DNA of 64,000 nucleotides from Caldisericia bacterium (GTDB lineage Bacteria; Caldisericota; Caldisericia; JAAYUI01), in assembly GCA_963674785.1 (NCBI GenBank), contig OY771555.1, positions 1,088,001 through 1,152,000 on the forward strand, in the 5' to 3' direction. Below are positions 1 to 8,441 of this stretch, one piece after another. How positions within the stretch are numbered: the stretch's first letter is position 1; the number at the start of each line of letters is the position of its first letter. Both the position numbers and the translations under genes were made by a program. Under the pieces are notes generated by a model. It searched no databases and was not told the DNA's origin. It saw only the letters and a program-made list of their open reading frames with translations.

Positions 1-318
1 ATCAGTCCAGAAACCGAAATTGAGGTCTTTTACAAAGAGCTGAAGATGATTGAAAAACTAGGAGTCAGATTCACAAAAACGGGTGTAGTTACCGGTAGTA
101 TTTCATATGACAATATCATTCCAATTGGTAGTGTCGAATCTGAGCTTTGCAAGCTTGAAGATAGCAAACGCGGCAAGCATATTGAATTATCAGAGATAAA
201 TGAGTTTTGGCGGGTATCAAAAAATCATTTTCCTTCGGGATTTTCATTGTGGTCAGCAGATTGGATGAACAATGGCGATTGGAATGCTTTTGGTGAAATG
301 GAAGTAAATCCAAAATAA
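1..318 (+). CDS. Hypothetical protein, 5'-partial
   Basis: Frame is open from base 1 (ISPETEIEVFYKELKMIEKLG...) to TAA at 318; no recognisable motif. Confidence 0.55.
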   Translation: MSPETEIEVFYKELKMIEKLGVRFTKTGVVTGSISYDNIIPIGSVESELCKLEDSKRGKHIELSEINEFWRVSKNHFPSGFSLWSADWMNNGDWNAFGEMEVNPK

Positions 319-319
319 A

Positions 320-1045
320 ATGAGTAACGATGATAAACCAATAGCACTTGATGGATATAATAAGATGGCAAAGCTCTTTCACGAGCAAGCAGACACAAAA
401 CCACATAATGCTTATTATGAGAGACCTGCAACACTATCACTATTGCCAGATGTGAATGGTTTATCAGTTCTCGATGCAGCTTGTGGTCCCGGTTGGTATT
501 CAAAATGGTTGATTGACCATGGTGCAAAAGTCACAAGTCTAGATGCAAGCCCAGAAATGATAAAATATGCGAAGGATAGATTGAGTGGTCACGAATCTTC
601 GATTATTTGTGCTGACTTAGATAAAGAGCTTCCCTTTAGTGAGGGAACATTTGATATCGTTCTCCTGCCACTTGCAATATCATATCTGAAAGATTTGGAT
701 TCTACTTTGGCGGAGTTTAACAGGATACTGAAAAAGTCCGGTTTATTCATTTTTTCAGACGGGCATCCATTCTTTGATTTTAATCATAGAAGCTCAAAAT
801 CTGACAACTATTTTGGTAGTGAACTTATTAAAATCACATGGCAGGGGTTTGGAGTTCCTATTGAGATACCATTTTTTCGAAGACCATTATCAAAAGTGAC
901 TGACGCTCTTTGGGGGAATGGATTTATAATTGAGAGAATATTAGAACCAAAACCAACAAAAGATTTCAAAAAAGCTGATCCAGAAGGTTATGAAAAGTTA
1001 ATGAAATTTCCCGGATTCATTTGTTTCAGATGCAAAAAAGTCTAA
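320..1045 (+). CDS. Class I SAM-dependent methyltransferase
   Basis: Motif I VLDAACGPG, LDASPEMI, FDIV, and 'EFNRILKKSGLFIFS...HPF' typical of Methyltransf_11-type proteins. Confidence 0.9.
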   Translation: MSNDDKPIALDGYNKMAKLFHEQADTKPHNAYYERPATLSLLPDVNGLSVLDAACGPGWYSKWLIDHGAKVTSLDASPEMIKYAKDRLSGHESSIICADLDKELPFSEGTFDIVLLPLAISYLKDLDSTLAEFNRILKKSGLFIFSDGHPFFDFNHRSSKSDNYFGSELIKITWQGFGVPIEIPFFRRPLSKVTDALWGNGFIIERILEPKPTKDFKKADPEGYEKLMKFPGFICFRCKKV

Positions 1046-1049
1046 TCAT

Positions 1050-1142
1050 TTGACTATTTTGCTGTATTCTATTATCATATAGATGTCCGATCTCCTCGTG
1101 CTTGATTTAACTTGACAAAAAAAATTTGTAAAGTACTATAAT
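1050..1142 (+). promoter_or_regulatory. Tandem sigma70-type promoters for the sulfur-relay operon
   Basis: TTGACT(1050-1055)-17 nt-TATCAT(1073-1078); TTGACA(1112-1117) with TACTAT(1134-1139) or TATAAT(1137-1142). Confidence 0.55.
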
Positions 1143-1147
1143 AGCAA

Positions 1148-1164
1148 ATACCCCAGGGGGGTAT
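1148..1164. promoter_or_regulatory. CsoR/CstR-family operator
   Basis: ATACCCC-AGG-GGGGTAT: inverted repeat with C/G tracts just downstream of the -10 box, matching the TACCC..GGGTA operator style of CsoR/CstR repressors. Confidence 0.75.
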
Positions 1165-1179
1165 AGATAGGAGAAGAAA

Positions 1180-1659
1180 ATGACTGAAAAAGCGACGATA
1201 GTGTTGTTCTCAGGTGAGTTAGATAAGGCGATGGCTGCATTTATTATTGCAACCGGTATGGCTGCGCAAGGTATGGATGTCACAATTTTTTTCACTTTCT
1301 GGGGTTTGAATGTCATCAAAAAAGACAAAGGTAAAATTGTGGGTGCAAAAAACTGGATGCAAAAAATGTTTTCAAAGTTAAATCGAGGTGGAGTTTCCAG
1401 GTTGCCACTTTCAAAATTTAATATGGGTGGTATGGGTAAATCGATGCTCCAAAAGATCATGAAGAAAGAAAAAGTATCCTCTCTACCAGCATTGATGGAA
1501 ATGGCACAAGACCTTGATGTTAAGTTTTGGCCTTGCAAAATGAGCATGGATGTGATGGGGATTGCAAAAGAAGATTTGATTGATGGTGTTGAAAAAGTAG
1601 TTGGTGTTGCTGCATATGCAGCGGAAGCTGCGAATGCGAAAGTGAATCTATTTATATAA
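1180..1659 (+). CDS. DsrE/DsrF/DrsH-like (DsrE2) sulfur carrier
   Basis: FSGELDKAMAAFIIATG, FFTFWGLN, SKFNMGGMG, CKMSMDVMGI, VGVAAY motifs. Confidence 0.9.
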   Translation: MTEKATIVLFSGELDKAMAAFIIATGMAAQGMDVTIFFTFWGLNVIKKDKGKIVGAKNWMQKMFSKLNRGGVSRLPLSKFNMGGMGKSMLQKIMKKEKVSSLPALMEMAQDLDVKFWPCKMSMDVMGIAKEDLIDGVEKVVGVAAYAAEAANAKVNLFI

Positions 1660-1685
1660 AAAAGATTTGAAAAGGAGAAACGATT

Positions 1686-1913
1686 ATGGATTTTGATGTT
1701 GAATTAGATACATTAGGGCTTCAGTGTCCAGTGCCAATTGTAAAAACAGCAAAGAAAATGAAAGAACTGGAGTCTGGTCAGGTTTTAAAGGTCATCTCCG
1801 ATGATGAGGGTATCCAGGAAGACATGCCGGCATGGGCAAGCTCAACAGGCAATGAATTCCTGGGGATAGAAGAAGTAGACGGGGCATACCACGTCTATGT
1901 AAAGAAAGCGTAA
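1686..1913 (+). CDS. tusA: TusA/SirA family sulfurtransferase
   Basis: LDTLGLQCPVP (CPxP motif), 75 aa. Confidence 0.9.
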   Translation: MDFDVELDTLGLQCPVPIVKTAKKMKELESGQVLKVISDDEGIQEDMPAWASSTGNEFLGIEEVDGAYHVYVKKA

Positions 1914-1918
1914 TTCTC

Positions 1919-2269
1919 ATGAAAATTGGTTTTCTTGTTCTTATGACTCCATATACATACCAGAATATGGACACTGCTCTCTCTCTTATTGAGGCTTCAC
2001 TTGATAAGGGTCATGAGTGCCAGCTTTATCTCTATATGGATGGTGTCATTGCTACATCTGGTCTCATCAAACCAGGAAACGACAGATCGATTCCGGATCG
2101 AATCCAGAAAGTGATTGAGCGTGGGGTAAAGGTTATTCCTTGTAGTGTTTGTTGTAACTACAGAGGAATTCCAAAATCTGGAACTGCAGAGAATATCAAG
2201 CAAGCAGGACTTGCAGCACTTGGTCGAATGGTTGACGAATACGATCGAGTCATCACACTGGGGGCGTAA
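1919..2269 (+). CDS. DsrE/TusD family sulfur relay protein
   Basis: TPY, LYMDGV, CSVCCNYRG (active Cys...RG), GLAALG. Confidence 0.85.
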   Translation: MKIGFLVLMTPYTYQNMDTALSLIEASLDKGHECQLYLYMDGVIATSGLIKPGNDRSIPDRIQKVIERGVKVIPCSVCCNYRGIPKSGTAENIKQAGLAALGRMVDEYDRVITLGA

Positions 2270-2271
2270 CC

Positions 2272-2628
2272 ATGGCTAAAAAAGTAGCGATTGTTGTATC
2301 AAAACCACCATATGGAACAGCCTTCATGGGTGAGGGCTTCAGGGCGGCTATGGGGCTTCCTGCGGTTGGACTCGAAACAAATGTAATTCTTGAGGGTGAT
2401 GCGGTTTTTGCGCTCATCAAAAAAGCTGATCCAAAATCAAGTCTTGATATGGAAAGCTTAGCTGATGCTTTCGCAGCCTTTGAAGATTTTGGTTTCAACC
2501 TTTATGTCCATGGTCCATCTGTCAGGGCAAGGGGTCTTAAGTGTGAAGAGCTTATAGCTTGTCAGCCACTTGAAGATTACGAATTCAAGACGATGCTTCG
2601 TGATCAAGATACGATATTGAGGTTTTAG
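2272..2628 (+). CDS. DsrF/TusC family protein
   Basis: KPPYGT..EGFR, GDAV, SVRARGL; lies between DsrE and DsrH homologs. Confidence 0.8.
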   Translation: MAKKVAIVVSKPPYGTAFMGEGFRAAMGLPAVGLETNVILEGDAVFALIKKADPKSSLDMESLADAFAAFEDFGFNLYVHGPSVRARGLKCEELIACQPLEDYEFKTMLRDQDTILRF

Positions 2629-2632
2629 TAAT

Positions 2633-2944
2633 ATGTATAAGCCAAGAAAAAAAATGTTGATAATGCTTCTTAAATCTCCGTGGGCATGTGACCTTGAGAC
2701 TCTAAGAGTCCAAAATGCTCTTCCTGGTGATGCAATTGTTCTAACTCAAGATTCAGTATTGGGAGTCACAAATCCACCAGAAAAGTTTAAAAAAATAATT
2801 GAAGAAAAAATTAGTGAAGGTGTGAATGTTTATGCGTCAAAGGCAGATTGCGTAGCTCGTGGAATCACTCCGATTGAAGGAGTTACCATGATTGATTATC
2901 CTGAGATTGTCGACATCATCTGCGAGTGTGATCTGTCGTATTGA
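2633..2944 (+). CDS. DsrH/TusB family protein
   Basis: KSP, DAIVLTQDSV, DCVARGI, IDYPEIVD motifs. Confidence 0.85.
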   Translation: MYKPRKKMLIMLLKSPWACDLETLRVQNALPGDAIVLTQDSVLGVTNPPEKFKKIIEEKISEGVNVYASKADCVARGITPIEGVTMIDYPEIVDIICECDLSY

Positions 2945-2978
2945 TTTGAATATTTCAGTTTGTTTTCTATATTCCATA

Positions 2979-3011
2979 ACAAAACCCCCAGGATATTCCT
3001 GGGGGTTTTGT
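2979..3011. terminator. Bidirectional intrinsic terminator
   Basis: ACAAAACCCCCAGGA-TAT-TCCTGGGGGTTTTGT, a perfect inverted repeat between convergent genes. Confidence 0.85.
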
Positions 3012-3033
3012 ATTTGATTTGGAAATATAACTG

Positions 3034-3804
3034 TTACCAATCGAGGTTTTTCTTCTCATTCTCTGGAAGGATCGGGTTTTCTTTTCCTTCGATTTCTGCA
3101 AGCAACTCTGTAGCGTGCATGTAGAGTGGATAATCGATGAATGTGTTGAAGAGCATTGTGATATAGAGATTTAGGATAAGCATTACATAGAAATTCATTC
3201 CTGTAAGCTGAAGTAAGAATGTAACAATTGCCTGAAGGATTACAAAACCAAGGAGAGGACCATATACGAGTTTTACTTTTTTGAATGACTCACCAATTGT
3301 CGCGGTAATTGGGGTATCGGTAAGAATTGCTTCGTTGAGCATAAACATAAAGAAGACTATTATAAACAACATTCCTATTGCAATAATAAGTGCAAAGAAA
3401 TATGTGGCAATAAGATTTCCATCCATCATTGCATTTACCATTAATGAACCAAATATTAAACCAAGGATAGCTCCTGCAACGAGTGCGACCACAAAAACTA
3501 TGACAACCTGAAGAAGGTTTGCTCCAAGAGCCCTGCCGAATTTTGCAGCTGCGCCATTGAAAAATATCGTGTACGGACTTTCGTTACTGTTTCTTGTGTT
3601 GATGTAGGTATAGTAACCTGCCATTACATATGACTGGACAACAACCGAAAACAGCATCAGGAGTAGTGACATTCCGATAATGGTTCCAGCTGAATCTGCA
3701 TAGGAAATTCCACCGCCACCTTGAAATAACCCGTAAGAGTTTGGCATTGGGATTCCTGCTGTTGTTCCGCTGATAAGTGCGATAATAATCCCAGGAAGCA
3801 TCAT
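3034..3804 (-). CDS. Multi-pass membrane protein, possibly N-terminally interrupted
   Basis: 5-6 hydrophobic helices. The frame continues upstream to an ATG at 3891, with one in-frame TAG at 3862-3864. Confidence 0.65.
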   Translation of the reverse strand: MMLPGIIIALISGTTAGIPMPNSYGLFQGGGGISYADSAGTIIGMSLLLMLFSVVVQSYVMAGYYTYINTRNSNESPYTIFFNGAAAKFGRALGANLLQVVIVFVVALVAGAILGLIFGSLMVNAMMDGNLIATYFFALIIAIGMLFIIVFFMFMLNEAILTDTPITATIGESFKKVKLVYGPLLGFVILQAIVTFLLQLTGMNFYVMLILNLYITMLFNTFIDYPLYMHATELLAEIEGKENPILPENEKKNLDW

Positions 3805-4062
3805 AAGTCCAATTGCAATGTGGTTAATCAGAATAAATGCACTTGGATTGCTGTTAAAAATCTACATAACGTTGTTTATATGTTTTCTCATGTTTGATAA
3901 TTGTAGTATCAGCTTGTTTATTGTCAAACTTTAAGACTCCCGAGAAAAACACTTTTCTGAAGGCAGAAAATCTTTTCTATTTGGATTGTTTTTAAAGATA
4001 ATTTCTCGAAAAAACCGCTATGAATATATTGAACATCACATTTATTCAATTAGAATGTAATC

Positions 4063-5877
4063 ATGAGAAAATTCGTGTGTTTGGGTCTTGTTCTTGTTTT
4101 TATGTTTGTCGGAGTAAACTCCTCTATGCTTTTTTCCGCATCAGCCTTTGGTTGGTCTCAACCGTGGCCTGATGCAAGAGGTAACGCTCACATGGATGTT
4201 GTTCTGCCTTCGGGTGAACCACAAATAGCATGGAGTCAAGAAATAAAAGACACGACAGCCCCGATTGTATCTGGTGATGAATTGTATTTTGGTGCAGGAT
4301 CTCAAGCTGTTTGCATGGATCTTTTGACAGGGGATAAAAAATGGGTAACTCCTGTTCCTGGCAAGATCCTTGCCTCTCCAGTTTTTACAGCAGGAAGACT
4401 AATTTTTTGTGATGAACTGGGTTCAGTTGTTTCAATTGATATGAAAACAGGACAGATAATGGATAAATTTGGTGCCGGTGCAAGGATAGAAACACCTCCG
4501 GTAGTCATTAAGGGTGGAGCGGGTGATGTGCTTGTTGCATGTACATCTGGATACCTTCACAGATTGTCACCTGATCTGAGGGAACAATACAAGGTGAATA
4601 TGAACTCAGCTCTTAAGGTTTCTCCAATAATTACGAGCCAGGGAATTATCCAGCTTGGGGCAAACGGTAAACTTGCATATATCGACCCAGAAACAGGGAA
4701 AATCCAAAAAAGCGAGGTGACAGTCATTCAGGATGGTGCTCTTCAGCCTTGCCAGAATAACGGTCTGATAAATCTCATCAAAGATTCAAAACTCATAAGA
4801 AAGATGAGCAGTCAGGATTTCGAAGTTGACTTGAAATCAACTGCCAGCATTCAAACATCACTTACATCTGGAGAGCTTTTGGTTGGTATCAGTAACGGAT
4901 TGGTGCTTGTTGACAGCACCGAGATCAAATGGAAGGTCGACACAAAAGAAGCAGTGACTGCAATCTCCACAAATGATTCAATCGCTTTTTTTGGTACAAA
5001 TGATGGTGAGCATGGAGCAGTTGAAATTGCAACAGGAAAGGTGCTTTGGAAAGATTACACTGCAGGAAAAGTAAGACATCCAATAGTACTACTTCAATCT
5101 GGTATCTTGATGTCAACAGGGCATGGAATCAGTTACAGGCAGCTCTGGAGTCTTTCACCTGAACCAGATGAAATAGATTTTGGGCATGTCCCAACTGGAG
5201 AAACCCACCAAAAAACATTCCAGATGGAAAACCCATCTGATTCACCAGGAACAGTGAAAGTGGTTGCAAGGTCTGAGAGCGACTTGATAACAGTTGAGCC
5301 TGCTGAAGTTGACATTGCCCCAGGTGAAACAGCAACATTCACAATTTATCTTGAGAGCAAAGGTATCAAAGAAGGCAGGTTTTACACAAGTGTTGTGCTT
5401 GAAACCCCAACTTCCTCATATCATGTGAGCATTTCGTACTACATTGTTCCTCAACCGTTTGTTGCAAATATCCAGATTGGAAATGAGGTTATGAAGATGG
5501 ACAGGGGTACTGCAAGCTGGGACGTCACTCTAGACCATCCGCCATATATCAAAAACGACAGGACGATGGTTCCTCTTCGCGCAATCTCTGAGTCATTTGG
5601 CCCCCGAGTTGAATATGTTCAGGGAGGCTGCAGCAATGGAAAAAACCAGGTCATAATAACACTTGGTGATACAATCATTCATCATTGTATCGGAGAGAAT
5701 ACTCTGCAGATGAGTGTTGCTGGTTCTGTGATGACTACCCTCACGTTTGACACAGCGTCAGAAATAAAAAACGACAGAACATTTGTGCCAATCAGGTTTA
5801 TTGCTGAAGCCTTCCAAGCAGAGGTCGGCTGGATTGCGGAGACAAAGACTGTAACGATTACTTATCATGAGAGGTAA
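4063..5877 (+). CDS. Secreted PQQ-like beta-propeller + Ig-like + copper amine oxidase N-terminal (stalk) domain protein
   Basis: Signal peptide; TG..KW repeats; IDFG..P.GE Ig-like segment; PPYIKNDRTMVPLRAISESFG and RTFVPIRFIAE. Confidence 0.85.
   Translation: MRKFVCLGLVLVFMFVGVNSSMLFSASAFGWSQPWPDARGNAHMDVVLPSGEPQIAWSQEIKDTTAPIVSGDELYFGAGSQAVCMDLLTGDKKWVTPVPGKILASPVFTAGRLIFCDELGSVVSIDMKTGQIMDKFGAGARIETPPVVIKGGAGDVLVACTSGYLHRLSPDLREQYKVNMNSALKVSPIITSQGIIQLGANGKLAYIDPETGKIQKSEVTVIQDGALQPCQNNGLINLIKDSKLIRKMSSQDFEVDLKSTASIQTSLTSGELLVGISNGLVLVDSTEIKWKVDTKEAVTAISTNDSIAFFGTNDGEHGAVEIATGKVLWKDYTAGKVRHPIVLLQSGILMSTGHGISYRQLWSLSPEPDEIDFGHVPTGETHQKTFQMENPSDSPGTVKVVARSESDLITVEPAEVDIAPGETATFTIYLESKGIKEGRFYTSVVLETPTSSYHVSISYYIVPQPFVANIQIGNEVMKMDRGTASWDVTLDHPPYIKNDRTMVPLRAISESFGPRVEYVQGGCSNGKNQVIITLGDTIIHHCIGENTLQMSVAGSVMTTLTFDTASEIKNDRTFVPIRFIAEAFQAEVGWIAETKTVTITYHER
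5830..5877 (+). repeat. 48-bp direct repeat, copy 1 (copy 2 at 7453-7500)
   Basis: TGGATTGCGGAGACAAAGACTGTAACGATTACTTATCATGAGAGGTAA ends both genes identically. Confidence 0.9.
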
Positions 5878-5895
5878 TGAGAATAGGGAGGGTTA

Positions 5896-7500
5896 ATGAA
5901 AAAAATCATCGTGATTATTATTTTGCTGTTGCTTATTATTTTGCCATTTAACCAGCTTTGTTTCAGCCAGGAAGTTGAAAGCAGTTGTAGAAGTTGGTCT
6001 GCAGGAGAGTTTAAGCATTACATTGGGAGCAACAACGGGATTTCCTTGTTTGCTGAATTTGAAAATGAGATGTATCCATTCGAGGGTGATATCAGTATAA
6101 TGGCTTTTATCTCGTCAAATGGATTCAAAATATGGGATAGCCCCATTGTTTTTCAAAACTATCAGTTTTCACATATCCAAACCATATTCGTTGTCCAAAA
6201 CAAGCTAATCATTTTTGACGACAAGAGTGCTAATTCTGATTTTAGGAAAGAAGCATCTTTGACGTGTTATGATTTATCCAAAAAAAATCTTTGGGAAAAG
6301 AAATTTTATAGTGCTGAAAACAAACCTGAAAAGATACAGCTTGTTGGAGAGAAATTATATGTAGTAACAGAAAAACCTGAGTTTCTCATTTTTGACATAA
6401 ATTCAGGGAAAATTGAATCAGAAATTGATGTATCCGAATATGGTAGCTATTTTGGCAATTATACTGTGATGACAGTGTTAGATGACTTTGTTATAATACG
6501 AGGCTCATTTACCTCATGTTATCAGATTTACGATGGTGAAATCGAGTTTCTTTGGGATACTCAGTATTTACTCGGAGAGCATCATGTTAGAAACCAAATA
6601 ACATATTTTCCAGATCCAATACTACTAGATGGTAATTTACTCGTATGTGATAATGATATTGAGATTTCTTACAACACAAACTTTTACCTCCTGGATATTT
6701 CAACAGGAAAACCCATTTGGGAAAGAGAATACACCCCTGATATATACAAAGTTATTGATGGTCAGTTAGTTGTTCTCGAATCTACCTATGGTAGTGATCT
6801 TTTATTAAGGAGAATTTCGATAGAAGATGGCAAAGAAACAGGTGTCCTGTTTTCATGTGAAAGACTCAATTATCCACGTTTTATTATCGATAAGGATAAG
6901 TACTTGATTACAGGGTACAATGACGATTATAATGAATTTATTGTTCATGAAATCGAGAAAGATTTCTCTGAATCAAAAACATCAACAATCAAAGAACAGT
7001 CATCTGAAATATTCACTTTTTTTGATTATCTCCATAGTTATTATGAAGGTCGAATAATAATTTCTGGGAACGTCATGCCCCTAGAAAGTTGTTCTTCATC
7101 CTATCAAGTTTTGAATTATAAAATAGATTCAACAGAAATGAGATACAACGGAGTCCTGACCCCAATAATGGACGTCTCTCCTGTAATACAAAATAGTCGC
7201 ACCCTTCTCCCAGCGCGCTTTGTAACAGAACCTCTTGGGGGTTTTGTTACTTGGGATGGTAATGAGAAAAAGGTTGTTTGTACCCTCTCTGACAAAACAG
7301 TTGAATTCTGGATAGATAAACCCACAGCCAAAGTGAATGGTCAAGAAGTCCAAATAGACCCAGACAACCCAGATGTGGTACCAACCATCATCAATGACAG
7401 AACAATGGTGCCAATGAGATTCCTTGCAGAAAGCCTGGGTTGTGAAGTTGAATGGATTGCGGAGACAAAGACTGTAACGATTACTTATCATGAGAGGTAA
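5896..7500 (+). CDS. Secreted beta-propeller + stalk domain protein
   Basis: Signal peptide; LDISTGKPIW repeats; C-terminal RTLLPARFVTEPLGG...RTMVPMRFLAESLG. Confidence 0.85.
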   Translation: MKKIIVIIILLLLIILPFNQLCFSQEVESSCRSWSAGEFKHYIGSNNGISLFAEFENEMYPFEGDISIMAFISSNGFKIWDSPIVFQNYQFSHIQTIFVVQNKLIIFDDKSANSDFRKEASLTCYDLSKKNLWEKKFYSAENKPEKIQLVGEKLYVVTEKPEFLIFDINSGKIESEIDVSEYGSYFGNYTVMTVLDDFVIIRGSFTSCYQIYDGEIEFLWDTQYLLGEHHVRNQITYFPDPILLDGNLLVCDNDIEISYNTNFYLLDISTGKPIWEREYTPDIYKVIDGQLVVLESTYGSDLLLRRISIEDGKETGVLFSCERLNYPRFIIDKDKYLITGYNDDYNEFIVHEIEKDFSESKTSTIKEQSSEIFTFFDYLHSYYEGRIIISGNVMPLESCSSSYQVLNYKIDSTEMRYNGVLTPIMDVSPVIQNSRTLLPARFVTEPLGGFVTWDGNEKKVVCTLSDKTVEFWIDKPTAKVNGQEVQIDPDNPDVVPTIINDRTMVPMRFLAESLGCEVEWIAETKTVTITYHER

Positions 7501-7978
7501 GAACCTCATCGGTTTATGCCTAACATTGTTGCTGGTATCGAGTTTCCTTTTTGTAAATTTGATATACTCAAAAGAAATCTCACAATGTAACGATATTGTG
7601 TTTTCAAACCCTGCTGATGGGGCAGAGATAATAATACCCAATATTGAAACCTGGAAACTGAAATACATAATCTCTGATAAGGTGTTAGATGCGGTTGTTG
7701 TGCTGGCCAGAGAAAACAGGAAGATACCTTCAAGCTACAATAATACTGATGATTGTGCCAGAGAGTATGTTCGACAAAATCTTGTTTTTGCAACCTGGGG
7801 CAAAGATTGTGATGGCAACATCTGGATTCAAAGTTACAGGCTGGGTAACGGGCTGGTGCAAATAATCTGGGGACCAGATAGTCCTCATGAAGAGCTGATT
7901 GGGAAGAAATATCTTCCTGAACAGATATTAACTGAATCTGATGGGTCTAAACAGCATTATTTTTTTGGAGATACATGA
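7490..7978 (+). CDS. Secreted hypothetical protein, N-terminal part; in frame with 8039-8416 across one TGA
   Basis: Signal peptide; the ORF ends at TGA 7976-7978 and the same frame stays open to 8416. Confidence 0.55.
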   Translation: MRGKNLIGLCLTLLLVSSFLFVNLIYSKEISQCNDIVFSNPADGAEIIIPNIETWKLKYIISDKVLDAVVVLARENRKIPSSYNNTDDCAREYVRQNLVFATWGKDCDGNIWIQSYRLGNGLVQIIWGPDSPHEELIGKKYLPEQILTESDGSKQHYFFGDT

Positions 7979-8038
7979 CTTTTTGATTGCTGGACTGGAG
8001 GTTCAGACAATGGCAGAATCCCAAATACCTGCAAAGAA

Positions 8039-8416
8039 ATGGGAACGTATAATACCACGGGTGAAAGAATAGAATTATTTCTGACAACAAGCGATAATGA
8101 CTATGTGGGAAGAGGAGTTTTTTCATTAGAGATTGCTCCGGGTATTAATAATTATCAAAATGATTATATATTGGGGGCAAACAAAAAAAGAGGTTTTGCA
8201 TTCATTGGCACATCAGAAACAAATGGGACGGGTGGAAATTCCCTTTTTTCTGCTGGCACGATGCATGTTTCTGGGGGAGTGGTTTGGGGACAAGGTTTGA
8301 CAGGCAGTGTTGGTAAATATAAAAGCAAAACACTGTACACAAACAAATTAGAAAGAGATATTTGGTTTGGACTATTTTGGCTTAAATTCATGTGGATATT
8401 GCCTTTGTTGCCATAA
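8039..8416 (+). CDS. Hypothetical protein, probable C-terminal part of the 7490 gene
   Basis: Same frame as 7490; the intervening codons read LFDCWTGGSDNGRIPNTCKE. Confidence 0.45.
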   Translation: MGTYNTTGERIELFLTTSDNDYVGRGVFSLEIAPGINNYQNDYILGANKKRGFAFIGTSETNGTGGNSLFSAGTMHVSGGVVWGQGLTGSVGKYKSKTLYTNKLERDIWFGLFWLKFMWILPLLP

Positions 8417-8441
8417 GTTATTTTGAAAATGAATCAAGATA

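Noticed and set aside
1117-1124. A8 tract in the promoter spacer as a phase-variation switch
   Set aside because: A-runs of this length are common in this AT-rich sequence and an alternative -10 box gives acceptable spacing.
8010-8072. GGAGG plus ATG opening a 20-aa ORF (MAESQIPAKKWERIIPRVKE)
   Set aside because: Out of frame within the longer 7490-8416 reading frame, with no supporting features.
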